A DNA stretch of 63,289 bases, counting the filler. It is 3 parts of 3 records of this genome, joined end to end, with 100 filler letters (N's around TTAATTAATTAA, not from the genome) between each part and the next. Parts side by side here need not be neighbours in the genome. Positions count along the whole stretch, not along the records: positions 18,405 to 44,254 come from SRR20825006_203; positions 44,355 to 63,289 come from SRR20825006_208; 1 more part is not named here. One strand, given 5' to 3'. Under the pieces are notes generated by a model. That model was given only the letters and a program-made list of their open reading frames with translations, was not told the origin of the DNA and did not search any database. The translations under genes were made by a program, and so were the position numbers. Within the stretch, counting starts at the first letter, position 1; each line of letters begins with the position of its first letter. Below, piece after piece: positions 39,446-48,725 of this stretch.

Positions 39446-40642
39446 ATGACTGCAAAGACTGACAGACTATTTTTTGTGGATGCCATGCGTGCATGGGCAA
39501 TTTTGATGATGCTGCAAGGACATTTTATAGATGGCCTACTAGACCCTGTTTTTAGGGATGCCGGCAACACGACCTATAACATCTGGTTATATTTTAGGGG
39601 GATAACTGCTCCCGTGTTTTTTACGGTTTCCGGTTTTATTTTTACCTACCTATTGATTCGGGTTCCACAAAGTGGTATGGAAAACCCAAGGGTGGCCAAG
39701 GGAATCAGACGTGGGATACAATTACTGCTCATTGGCTATTTGCTTCGAATGAATCTTGGAGGATTATTTAAAGGAGAAATTTATGATTCTTTCTATCTGG
39801 TAGATGTTCTCCACTGTATTGGTCTATCTATTTTGGGACTTATAGGTGTTTATGTACTGACTGCAAAAAAGAAAAGCTATGTTTTTCCGACTGTTCTTGT
39901 GATCATCACATTGGTGCTTTTCCTGTTCGAAAGGGTTTACAAGGATTGGTCCTTTGCATTTTTGCCCGACTTTTTGGCAAATTACTTTACAAAGTCCAAC
40001 GGTTCTGTATTTACCATCATACCCTGGTTCGGCTACACCACTATTGGGGCATTTGTATCCGTGCTCTTTACCAGATTCAAAAATTATAGATATTTATACC
40101 CTGTCGCTATTTCCATAGCATTGGCAGTAGGTTATCTGTTGATTTATCAATCGTCCAATTTCTTTGAAATCGTTTACGAAAGAACTGGGTTCAATTTTCT
40201 CAAACAACTGCTCACCAACAACTACCTATTTATTCGGTTGGGCGATGTTTTTGTAGTTTTTGCCGTGTTTATGGTACTCCGCAGATTAATGACCAACAAG
40301 ACTGTTTTGAAAATCGGAGCAAGTACTTTGTCCATCTATGTGATTCACTTTGTTATCCTTTATGGCAGTCTTACAGGCTTGGGGCTCTATCGGTTCTTTC
40401 ACCATTCACTTTCTCCCGAGATCGTGGTTCCCGGTGCACTTGCATTTATGATTACGTGCACATGGTTGGCCCTTCAATACAACAAGTACGAATTGGGCAT
40501 CAAAACACAGATTTCTACAGGTCTTGCGTTCATCAAAACCCAGGCAATCGAACTAAAAGAAATATCCATTCCGGTACTTCGAGAAGTTTTTATCCGTGTT
40601 CGTATTTTTCTAAGACGCGTTTTCCGAACTGTCAGGAGCTAA
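39446..40642 (+). CDS. membrane acyltransferase-like protein (DUF1624/HGSNAT-like)
   Basis: R..FVDAMRA.AI.MM.QGH and many TM helices. Confidence 0.8.
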   Translation: MTAKTDRLFFVDAMRAWAILMMLQGHFIDGLLDPVFRDAGNTTYNIWLYFRGITAPVFFTVSGFIFTYLLIRVPQSGMENPRVAKGIRRGIQLLLIGYLLRMNLGGLFKGEIYDSFYLVDVLHCIGLSILGLIGVYVLTAKKKSYVFPTVLVIITLVLFLFERVYKDWSFAFLPDFLANYFTKSNGSVFTIIPWFGYTTIGAFVSVLFTRFKNYRYLYPVAISIALAVGYLLIYQSSNFFEIVYERTGFNFLKQLLTNNYLFIRLGDVFVVFAVFMVLRRLMTNKTVLKIGASTLSIYVIHFVILYGSLTGLGLYRFFHHSLSPEIVVPGALAFMITCTWLALQYNKYELGIKTQISTGLAFIKTQAIELKEISIPVLREVFIRVRIFLRRVFRTVRS

Positions 40643-40675
40643 AAAAAGCATCCAATCCTAAGACTGAATGCTTTT
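40641..40675 (-). terminator. intrinsic terminator after lpdA
   Basis: Minus strand GCATTCAGTC-TTAG-GATTGGATGC stem with G-U pairs, then T7. Confidence 0.75.
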
Positions 40676-40700
40676 AGTATAAATCGTTCTGATTTTCTAT

Positions 40701-42104
40701 CTACACATGCAATGCCCTATCATCCGTAGCGGCCAACGCAGCTTCCTTAACGGCTTCGGCAAAGGTTGGGTGTGCATGGCTCATACGTGAAATGTCTTCG
40801 GCAGATGCCCGGAACTCCATAGCAGTAACACCTTCGGCAATCAAATCGGCACAACGTGCACCAATCATATGGATACCTAGAACCTCATCTGTCTTTTTAT
40901 CAGCAAGGATTTTTACAAAACCATCCAAATCCATACTGGCACGGGACCTTCCTAGTGCCCTCATTGGAAACTGACCTGATTTATATTCCACGCCTTCTTC
41001 CTTCAATTGCTCCTCTGTTTTGCCCACAGCGGCAACTTCCGGCCAGGTGTAGACCACTCCCGGAATCAAATTGTAATCGATATGTGGTTTCTGTCCCGCT
41101 AAAATTTCAGCGACCATGGTACCCTCTTCTTCGGCTTTGTGGGCCAACATGGCTCCTTTTACCACATCGCCAATGGCGTAAATGTTGGACACATTGGTCT
41201 GTAGATGTTCGTTTACCTCTACTCTACCCCTATCGTCCAATTTTACTCCCGCTGCTTCAGCGTCCAATCCATCGGTGTAGGGCTTACGACCCACACTTAC
41301 CAAACAGTAATCACCTTTAATGGTGACTTCCCCTCCTTTTTTGTCGTCGGCTTTTACGATGACCTCATCACCTTTACGCTCCACGGATTTTACTTTGTGG
41401 GACAGGTTGAACTTTACTTTTTGTTTCTTCATCACCTTGGTCAGCTCTTTGGACAATGCACCGTCCATTCCTGGGATTATGCGGTCCATATACTCCACTA
41501 CGGTTACATCGGCACCCAAGCGCTTGTATACTTGGCCCAGTTCCAATCCAATGACACCGCCTCCAATAACAATCAGGTGTTTTGGGATTTCTCTCAGCTT
41601 TAAAGCTTCGGTAGAAGTGATCACGCGCTCCTTGTCAATTTCAATAAATGGCAAGGACGATGGTTTGGAGCCAGTTGCTATAATTATATTTTTAGCTTCA
41701 ATGGTCTCCTCTCCGCCCTCTTTTGCAATGTTGATGTGCGTGGCATCTTTAAAGCTACCTACACCGTGGTACACATCAATTTTATTTTTGTCCATCAAAA
41801 ACTCGATGCCCTTGGTGGTCTGGTCCACAACGCCTTGTTTACGGGCAATCATTTGCTCCAAGTTTACTTTGATCTCACCCGGTATATCGATACCGTGTTC
41901 CTCGAAATGCTTTACGGCATCCTCGTAGTGGTGCGATGAGTCCAACAGTGCCTTGGACGGGATACAGCCTACGTTAAGACAGGTTCCGCCAAGGGTGGCA
42001 TACTTTTCTATAATTGCGGTTTTCATTCCCAATTGGGCACATCGAATGGCCGCCACATAGCCTCCTGGTCCAGAGCCGATGATGGCTACATCATATTGAT
42101 TCAT
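40701..42104 (-). CDS. lpdA: dihydrolipoyl dehydrogenase
   Basis: GSGPGGY, GGTCLNVGCIPSK, GGGVIGLE, HAHPT.AE. Confidence 0.97.
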   Translation of the reverse strand: MNQYDVAIIGSGPGGYVAAIRCAQLGMKTAIIEKYATLGGTCLNVGCIPSKALLDSSHHYEDAVKHFEEHGIDIPGEIKVNLEQMIARKQGVVDQTTKGIEFLMDKNKIDVYHGVGSFKDATHINIAKEGGEETIEAKNIIIATGSKPSSLPFIEIDKERVITSTEALKLREIPKHLIVIGGGVIGLELGQVYKRLGADVTVVEYMDRIIPGMDGALSKELTKVMKKQKVKFNLSHKVKSVERKGDEVIVKADDKKGGEVTIKGDYCLVSVGRKPYTDGLDAEAAGVKLDDRGRVEVNEHLQTNVSNIYAIGDVVKGAMLAHKAEEEGTMVAEILAGQKPHIDYNLIPGVVYTWPEVAAVGKTEEQLKEEGVEYKSGQFPMRALGRSRASMDLDGFVKILADKKTDEVLGIHMIGARCADLIAEGVTAMEFRASAEDISRMSHAHPTFAEAVKEAALAATDDRALHV

Positions 42105-42228
42105 ATGGTATTGTTTGTAAGGATAATTGCTAAAAAACTGTGTTTTTGTAAAAACAAGTGTAAAAATACGAATGTTTTTCGGGACAGTACCAAGGAATTA
42201 TGTGGGATTGTTGGGTTGATGGAGGTTT

Positions 42229-42376
42229 GATTGAATGGGTCAAGGGTGATGGGTAAAAGGTAAAGGATTGAATGGGTGTGAACATTTAGATAATTCGGTT
42301 GTTGGTTGATTGCTCATTGTTAACTGCTTACTGACTTCCAACTTCTAAAATCTAAATACTAACATTTCATATCTAA
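42229..42376. repeat. degenerate heptamer tandem repeats
   Basis: GGTCAAG GGTGATG GGTAAAA GGTAAAG (from 42238) and CTTCCAA CTTCTAA AATCTAA ATACTAA CATTTCA TATCTAA (from 42335). Confidence 0.55.
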
Positions 42377-42380
42377 TTAT

Positions 42381-42415
42381 AAAAAAACCGGAAAAGCACG
42401 TGGCCCCTCCGGTTT
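42381..42415 (-). terminator. intrinsic terminator after the surface lipoprotein gene
   Basis: Minus strand AAACCGGAGGGGC-CACGT-GCTTTTCCGGTTTTTTT. Confidence 0.8.
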
Positions 42416-42436
42416 GTAATTGCTGATTCTTATTTT

Positions 42437-44134
42437 TTAATCGCAGGGTTTCACACCATCTGAAATAATAGCCCAGTTATTGGGCGCATTAGTAAGAGTT
42501 ATAAAAGCATTGATTCCATCATCATCGTCTAAACAGAGATACAAACCCTCCGCTCCTAAAATGATATTTGACTTTACCCCTGGAGCTGCCCAACCGATCA
42601 AAGTGTTGGAAAAGTTGAGAGGCGACATATTACTATCATCGAACATATTTTCCATCATTATTACACTGCTGATATCCCAACTACCCAAATCCTGATCAAA
42701 CGATACAGCTCCATCGAACATGAACGTCATGCTCTTTATGTTGGCAGTGTTCCATCCACTAATATCCCCATTAAACGAGGTAGCATCCAGAAACATAGCA
42801 ATAACGTTTTGCACTTTAGTTAGGTCGGGGAGATCCATGGCATTGTATACCATATTACTACATTGGGCAAAAGTAGCTTCAAAATTTTCCCATTCTATTT
42901 TTCCCCATTGCTCTATACTCAACAAACGAGACTCAAAACCCTGATCTGCATTAACTATACTAAAATAAGGAATTTGACCCTGAATAGCCACGGTATAGGT
43001 GCCTGCCGTCTCGTACTCATGCTGTATACTAAAACTATCAGGAACCTCATTAATATCAATAGTTTCCACGATACCATCGCCCCAGTCAACAGTAAAATTG
43101 TATTCGTAGTCAACAGAAATGTAAAACCCTATTTCCTCTCCATTAGCCTCTGTTTGCCAAGTAGTGATAAAAGAGGTCGGGTCTTCTACCATACTATCAA
43201 TAACGTTCTGGACAGTTATGGTAATGGTGGCCTCCACGGTCTCCTCACCATCTGTAGCGCTAACCGTAAGGCTGTGAGAAGTCTCTGTTTCATAATCCAA
43301 TGCTTTGCCTTCGGCAAGTGTCAACACACCAGCATCCGAGATATCAAACAGTTCGCTGTCGGCAATACTAAAGGTCAAGGTGTCGTTATCGGGGTCAGTG
43401 GCCACTACCTGCCCTATTTCATCTGCATTCGTAATACTTTCTGAAACCACAAATTCCTGATCCTCCATCAAAGGGGATTGGTTGTCAGGGTCACCTTCCA
43501 GAACATTTATAGGGACCTTGGCCTCTGTAATAGTGCTCCCATCGGATGCCCCTATGGTAATTTCGTGCTCCGTTGCAGATTCAAAATCAAGGCTTTTGCC
43601 CTCGGCAAGGGTCAATATTCCCTTTTCTGTTATATAGAACAGGTTGTTGTCGTTGGCAACAATGTTAAAGGTAAGTTCGCCCCCTTCGGGATCCGTGGCC
43701 TGGATCTGTCCTATTTCGTCCGTATCCGTAATGGTCTGTTCAACGCTGAATTCCTGATTTTCCATTACAGGGGATTTATTCTCCGTATCAGCTTTTGTAA
43801 CGATAAACGTACCAGTACTGGTCGCGGTATTTCCACTCACACTAACGGAAATCTTGGCCGTTGTTGCTCCTGTAGGTACGTTCACAACTATCTTGGTGGC
43901 CGTAGCAGTAACAACACTGGCCGCTACCGAACCAAACTTAACTGCATTGTCGGCAGCGATGGTGGAGAAATTGGTTCCTGTAATGGTAACCACTGTGCCC
44001 ACTGTGCCCGTTTTGGGGTCGAAATCAGTTATGGTAGGTTTGCTCTGTACTGGCGGAGTAGCTGGGCCATCGTCCTTGCCACAAGACCAAAGGATGGCCA
44101 TGGCCAACAACACCGAAAAAAGTATCTTTTTCAT
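42437..44134 (-). CDS. surface lipoprotein: IPT/TIG + 2 cadherin-like + PKD-like + DUF285/BspA repeats
   Basis: Lipobox LWSC; PTIT.F.P..G..GT.VTITG.NF; ATDP.G / LDFE / LDYET; VDWGDG; MF..A.SFN.DIS.W repeats. Confidence 0.85.
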   Translation of the reverse strand: MKKILFSVLLAMAILWSCGKDDGPATPPVQSKPTITDFDPKTGTVGTVVTITGTNFSTIAADNAVKFGSVAASVVTATATKIVVNVPTGATTAKISVSVSGNTATSTGTFIVTKADTENKSPVMENQEFSVEQTITDTDEIGQIQATDPEGGELTFNIVANDNNLFYITEKGILTLAEGKSLDFESATEHEITIGASDGSTITEAKVPINVLEGDPDNQSPLMEDQEFVVSESITNADEIGQVVATDPDNDTLTFSIADSELFDISDAGVLTLAEGKALDYETETSHSLTVSATDGEETVEATITITVQNVIDSMVEDPTSFITTWQTEANGEEIGFYISVDYEYNFTVDWGDGIVETIDINEVPDSFSIQHEYETAGTYTVAIQGQIPYFSIVNADQGFESRLLSIEQWGKIEWENFEATFAQCSNMVYNAMDLPDLTKVQNVIAMFLDATSFNGDISGWNTANIKSMTFMFDGAVSFDQDLGSWDISSVIMMENMFDDSNMSPLNFSNTLIGWAAPGVKSNIILGAEGLYLCLDDDDGINAFITLTNAPNNWAIISDGVKPCD

Positions 44135-44204
44135 AATCTTAAAATTTTAGTTATTAAAAAATCAAGATAAATTCGGGAGTTCTCGTGAGGTTTTTGCCCA
44201 CCAA

Positions 44205-44254
44205 TTGACCGATGCCCCTTTTGGGTTGACGGATGAGGGGTTTGGGTTGATGGG
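44205..44254. promoter_or_regulatory. direct repeats at 21-bp period (LytTR-like operator)
   Basis: TTGACCGATG (44205), TTGACGGATG (44226), TTGATGGG (44247, cut by the gap). Confidence 0.55.
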
Positions 44255-44354
44255 NNNNNNNNNNNNNNNNNNNNNNNNNNNNNNNNNNNNNNNNNNNNTT
44301 AATTAATTAANNNNNNNNNNNNNNNNNNNNNNNNNNNNNNNNNNNNNNNNNNNN
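44255..44354. other. artificial contig spacer
   Basis: Same N-TTAATTAATTAA-N linker as 18305-18404. Confidence 0.97.
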
Positions 44355-44355
44355 A

Positions 44356-44757
44356 CAACGAAGCGCTACAGGATATAACGCCAAACGACTTAATATGCTT
44401 TTAGCTGTTTTAGAAAAAAGAGCTGGATTTAAATTAGGTGCAAAAGATGTCTTTTTAAATGTAACCGGTGGAATTTCTGTAGATGACCCTGCAATTGATC
44501 TCGCTGTGGTTGCAGCTGTTTTATCCAGCAATGAAGATATTCATGTTCCTAAAGATATTTGTTTTGCCGCAGAAGTGGGTTTAGCTGGTGAGATACGTCC
44601 AGTGCCAAAAGTTGAACAACGTATTCTTGAAGCTGAAAAACTAGGCTTTGCATCAATAATGATTTCACGCTATTGTAAACTTCCGAAGGAAACCTATGGC
44701 ATCAACGTGGTAAAAGCGGCGAAAATTACAGATGTTGTGCATTATCTTTTTGGCTAG
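44356..44757 (+). CDS. radA: DNA repair protein RadA/Sms, C-terminal part
   Basis: RL.MLLAVLEKR, DVFLNVTGG, DPAIDLAV, EVGLAGEIR, EAEKLGF. Confidence 0.93.
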   Translation, partial: QRSATGYNAKRLNMLLAVLEKRAGFKLGAKDVFLNVTGGISVDDPAIDLAVVAAVLSSNEDIHVPKDICFAAEVGLAGEIRPVPKVEQRILEAEKLGFASIMISRYCKLPKETYGINVVKAAKITDVVHYLFG

Positions 44758-44923
44758 CACCAAAATGAAGTTGAAATCGAAATTGATATAATTTTTAGTA
44801 CAGCTATCTCAATTAAGGCACTTATAGCCCATAGCTCACCACTCATAGATTAAAATACTAATACCTTACACCTATTCCCTAACGCCTATTTTTGGCATAA
44901 TTTCTGTTTAATTTATAGCTGCT

Positions 44924-46057
44924 ATGAATAAACAGATTTTTATTGTCTTAGGCGTATGTTTAGTAATTGTTTCTTGCAAGCAACTTACCAAAGCAACAGA
45001 TTTTATTACGCAACCAACTGCAAAAGAAATATATGCGCGTGATTTTGAAGACACAGATGTTATTTTTAATACTTGGACCAAAAACTTCGAGGTTTCAAAA
45101 AATGATTCTCTAAAAATTAATTTACCATATTTAGAGCAAGTACAACTACACAGCACTAATCTTCAGTCTTATTCATATAACATAAATCTTTCTGAAGGTG
45201 AGTTATTTAATCTGCAAATTGAAAGTGATGTAGATTCAATTCAATTTTTCTCTGAATTATTTAAAATTGAAGGCGACTCTATAACATCATTCAAATCATT
45301 AATAAAAAGCAAGCCTAATGAGACAAATATGTCTGTCCCAATTAAAGAGAGCGCTACTTATAAACTTATATTACAGCCAGAAATCTATGCTTCAACAAAA
45401 GCATCTTTAAAAATATTTACATCGCCTACCTATTACTTTCCTGTAGCAGGCAAAACTAGTAAGGCCATACAAAGTTTTTGGGGTGCAAGTCGCGATGGCG
45501 GTAAACGCAGCCATAAAGGTGTAGATATTTTTGCAGAAAGAGGCACACCTGTAATTGCAGCTGTTGATGGCTATGTAAGTTCAACTGGAAATAAAGGATT
45601 AGGCGGAAAACAAGTTTGGTTGAGAGACGGTCTTTTTGGAGCTTCACTTTACTATGCACACTTAGATAGTATTGCTACGCAGTCTGGTAAAAAAGTAAAA
45701 ATAGGAGATACTCTAGGTTTTGTAGGTAATACTGGCAACGCAAAATACACACCACCACATTTACATTTTGGTATTTACAAAGGCTACAATGGCGCTGTAA
45801 ATCCACTGCCGTTTATTAAAAATGCTGAAATCCCAGAAACAGATAATTTATTTGTTTCTATAACACCTAAGGCTATAATTAAAAACAGCGTAGCTAATAT
45901 AAGAATAGGACCATCTTCAAAATTTGATAAAATATCCCAACTTAAGCGTAATGATACTATTACAGTTCTGGGTAAACAGGATGATTGGTTACATATTAAA
46001 ACAGGTGACGGACAAAAAGCTTTTGTGTTTAAAACGCTTACAGAATCACTGCCTTAA
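44924..46057 (+). CDS. M23 family metallopeptidase lipoprotein with C-terminal SH3b domain
   Basis: Lipobox VSC; HKGVD, YAHL and PHLHF M23 motifs; ANIRIGPS SH3. Confidence 0.9.
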   Translation: MNKQIFIVLGVCLVIVSCKQLTKATDFITQPTAKEIYARDFEDTDVIFNTWTKNFEVSKNDSLKINLPYLEQVQLHSTNLQSYSYNINLSEGELFNLQIESDVDSIQFFSELFKIEGDSITSFKSLIKSKPNETNMSVPIKESATYKLILQPEIYASTKASLKIFTSPTYYFPVAGKTSKAIQSFWGASRDGGKRSHKGVDIFAERGTPVIAAVDGYVSSTGNKGLGGKQVWLRDGLFGASLYYAHLDSIATQSGKKVKIGDTLGFVGNTGNAKYTPPHLHFGIYKGYNGAVNPLPFIKNAEIPETDNLFVSITPKAIIKNSVANIRIGPSSKFDKISQLKRNDTITVLGKQDDWLHIKTGDGQKAFVFKTLTESLP

Positions 46058-46132
46058 AATTTAGAGTTTACATTAACATTCCTTTGTTAACAGAATTAAA
46101 TAGCTCTGGTTATCTTTAAAAGAAAAAACCAT

Positions 46133-47494
46133 ATGTCATTATTCGGTAAAATTAAAGGCACATTATCTCTTTTAAAAGATATAGATATAGAAGCTATTGC
46201 CAAGCTAAATTCTAAGATAGACTTAAAAGAAGTTATGGATAAGGTTGGTAGCTTAGATGATGACCAGCTTAATGGCTTAATGAAAATGCTTACTCGAAAA
46301 GCAAAAAGAGGCCAACACAAATTACCGCCTATTGATGGTGATTTTTATGACCTTAGCCTTAAGCTAACTCCAGAGCAACGAGAGATACAACTCAAGGTGC
46401 GTAATTTCATGGAAGATGAAGTGAGACCCATTGCCAATGAGTATTGGAAGAAAGCAGAATTTCCGCAACAGATTATCCCAAAATTAGCCACTTTAAATAT
46501 TGCCGGCATAGCTTATAAAGGCTATGGTTGTCCAGAACAAAATTTTGTGATGGAAGGTATAATTGCTATTGAAATGGCACGAGTAGATGTTTCGATGTCT
46601 ACATTTTTTGGCGTGCATAGCGGTTTAGCTATGGGAAGTATTTACCTATGTGGTAGTGAAGAGCAAAAGTTAGAATGGCTTCCTAAAATGCAACGTATGG
46701 AAGCTATTGGCGCCTTTGGTTTAACAGAACCAAATGTAGGTTCTGCCATTTCTCAAGGTATGGAAACCACCTGCCAACGTGATGGTGATACTTGGATACT
46801 AAACGGTCAAAAAAAATGGATTGGTAACGCCACATTTGCAGATGTAACAATAGTTTGGGCTAAAGATGTAGATGATAAGCAAGTAAAAGGATTTTTGGTA
46901 AGAAAAGGCACGCCTGGTTTTTCACCTGAAAAAATTGAAGATAAGATGGCGTTACGTACTGTAGAGAATGCCTTAATTACTATAACAGATTGTCGTATTT
47001 CAGAAAGTGACCGTTTACAAGAGGCTAATAGTTTTAAAGACACCGCAAAGGTTTTAAAAATGACACGTGCTGGTGTTGCTTGGCAAGCAGTAGGTTGTGC
47101 TAGAGGTGCCTATGAAAGTGCAGTTAAGTATTGTAAAAAACGTGAACAATTTGGGAAGCCAATTGCAACTTTTCAACTTATACAAAATCATTTGGTAGAG
47201 ATGCTCGCTAATCTTACAGCTATGCAAACCCTATGCTACAGACTTTCTGAACTCCAAGACGAAGGATTGTTAAAGGATGAACAAGCCTCATTGGCTAAAG
47301 TATTTTGCTCTATGCGCACACGAGATGTGGTGAGCAGAGCAAGAGAAGTTATGGGTGGCAATGGTATATTGTTAGAACACGATGTTGCTCGTTTTGTAGC
47401 AGATGCCGAAGCAATTTATAGTTACGAAGGTACCAAAGAGATTAACTCATTAATTGTTGGTCGCGCAATTACTGGATATTCGGCGTTTGTGTAA
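46133..47494 (+). CDS. acyl-CoA dehydrogenase family (glutaryl-CoA dehydrogenase-like)
   Basis: FGLTEP..GS, LNGQKKWIGN, REQFGKP, GGNG, YSYEGT. Confidence 0.9.
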   Translation: MSLFGKIKGTLSLLKDIDIEAIAKLNSKIDLKEVMDKVGSLDDDQLNGLMKMLTRKAKRGQHKLPPIDGDFYDLSLKLTPEQREIQLKVRNFMEDEVRPIANEYWKKAEFPQQIIPKLATLNIAGIAYKGYGCPEQNFVMEGIIAIEMARVDVSMSTFFGVHSGLAMGSIYLCGSEEQKLEWLPKMQRMEAIGAFGLTEPNVGSAISQGMETTCQRDGDTWILNGQKKWIGNATFADVTIVWAKDVDDKQVKGFLVRKGTPGFSPEKIEDKMALRTVENALITITDCRISESDRLQEANSFKDTAKVLKMTRAGVAWQAVGCARGAYESAVKYCKKREQFGKPIATFQLIQNHLVEMLANLTAMQTLCYRLSELQDEGLLKDEQASLAKVFCSMRTRDVVSRAREVMGGNGILLEHDVARFVADAEAIYSYEGTKEINSLIVGRAITGYSAFV

Positions 47495-47519
47495 TCCTTA
47501 TTTATTAGACAGTTAACGA

Positions 47520-47560
47520 AATAAAAAAGCAGGTTTTCTAAGAAAACCTGCTTTTTTATT
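47520..47560. terminator. bidirectional intrinsic terminator
   Basis: Perfect inverted repeat AATAAAAAAGCAGGTTTTCT-A-AGAAAACCTGCTTTTTTATT between convergent genes. Confidence 0.92.
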
Positions 47561-47585
47561 AAATGTAGGAGCTTGAGAGTAATTA

Positions 47586-48062
47586 TTAGTCTCTCCAAAC
47601 TTTAATCACGTCAAATTTTATGGTACCGTTAGGTGTTGTTACTTCTGCAACATCTCCTTCTTGTTTACCTAGTAAACCTTTCCCTATTGGAGAGTCCACA
47701 GATATTTTACCTGATTTTAAATCAGATTCGCTTTGCGCAACTAGTTTATAGGTCATTTCCGCACCATTTCCTTGGTGTTTTATCTTAACACTTGAGTGGA
47801 TTAATACTTTAGAGGTGTCTAGTTGAGAATCATCTATCACTCGTGCGTTAGATAGTACTCCTTCAAGCTTAGAAATTTTCATCTCTAACATACCTTGCGC
47901 TTCCTTTGCTGCATCATACTCAGCATTTTCACTTAGATCACCTTTATCTCTAGCCTCAGCAATAGCTTGAGACGCTTTAGGGCGCTCTACATCTCTAAGA
48001 AGGTCCAGTTCATCTCTCAACTTCTTTAATCCTTCTTCTGTATAATAATTTACTTTACTCAT
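47586..48062 (-). CDS. greA: transcription elongation factor GreA
   Basis: GDLSENAEYDAAKE and IS..SPIG..L.G. Confidence 0.97.
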   Translation of the reverse strand: MSKVNYYTEEGLKKLRDELDLLRDVERPKASQAIAEARDKGDLSENAEYDAAKEAQGMLEMKISKLEGVLSNARVIDDSQLDTSKVLIHSSVKIKHQGNGAEMTYKLVAQSESDLKSGKISVDSPIGKGLLGKQEGDVAEVTTPNGTIKFDVIKVWRD

Positions 48063-48195
48063 AATGTTGTTTTCTTAATCTTAATAAAAAAGCCTTCTTT
48101 AGTTTCATTTGGCTTCTAAATACTCTTATTAAATAGCGGTTAAAAACACAATAACAATAGAAGCATTACGTTATAATCAACTGATATTTAAACAC

Positions 48196-48235
48196 AAAAA
48201 ATCCCATACACGACGGGATTAGATGTTCAAATATA
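48196..48235 (-). promoter_or_regulatory. greA promoter (-7 TATATTTG) with promoter-proximal terminator hairpin
   Basis: Minus strand TATATTTG (48228-48235), then AATCCCGT-CGTGT-ATGGGATT followed by TTTT. Confidence 0.6.
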
Positions 48236-48286
48236 CATAATTTTTAGATGCTTGTCAATTATACTAACTTGCACAATTAAATTTTG

Positions 48287-48724
48287 ATGATGAAAAACCT
48301 ATTTATAGCTACACTTTTAATAGCAATACTATCTTCTTGCTCAACAGATGATTCTGCAAGAGATAATAATCCTAATTTAGTTGACTTAAACTTTGGGGCA
48401 GTTTATAACTTAACCTTACCACAATACAACCAATTAAATTTTGAAGGCAATAGTTTTCAAGACTATTCGGTTGGTATTTCTGGAATTAATATCTTTTATA
48501 TAGGTAACGATCAATACTTAGCTTTTGAGCTTACAGACCCAAATCATCCTGTTAGCGATTGTTCCAGGCTGGTAGTTACTGGTCTTACTGCAAGATGCCA
48601 ATGTGATGATAACAATGCATACAACCTTACCAACGGACAACAAACAGAAGGTGGTCCTGGAACATACAGTTTAAGGATGTATCGCGCTGAGCTTAACGGA
48701 GACATCCTTACTGTATCTAATTAA
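48287..48724 (+). CDS. hypothetical lipoprotein (Rieske-like fold suspected)
   Basis: Lipobox SSC; AF...DPNH...C...C.C..Y....G pattern; divergent from greA. Confidence 0.7.
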   Translation: MMKNLFIATLLIAILSSCSTDDSARDNNPNLVDLNFGAVYNLTLPQYNQLNFEGNSFQDYSVGISGINIFYIGNDQYLAFELTDPNHPVSDCSRLVVTGLTARCQCDDNNAYNLTNGQQTEGGPGTYSLRMYRAELNGDILTVSN

Positions 48725-48725
48725 G

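Noticed and set aside
41205-41928. ORFs antisense to lpdA (132 and 202 aa)
   Set aside because: Ser/Thr/Phe-rich shadows typical of strands opposite highly expressed genes.
42863-44170. 193-aa and 230-aa ORFs opposite the cadherin lipoprotein
   Set aside because: Shadow frames; the minus-strand gene has a clear domain structure.
46066-46100. TTAACA-type repeats upstream of the acyl-CoA dehydrogenase
   Set aside because: Short AT-rich matches in an AT-rich genome that I cannot distinguish from chance.
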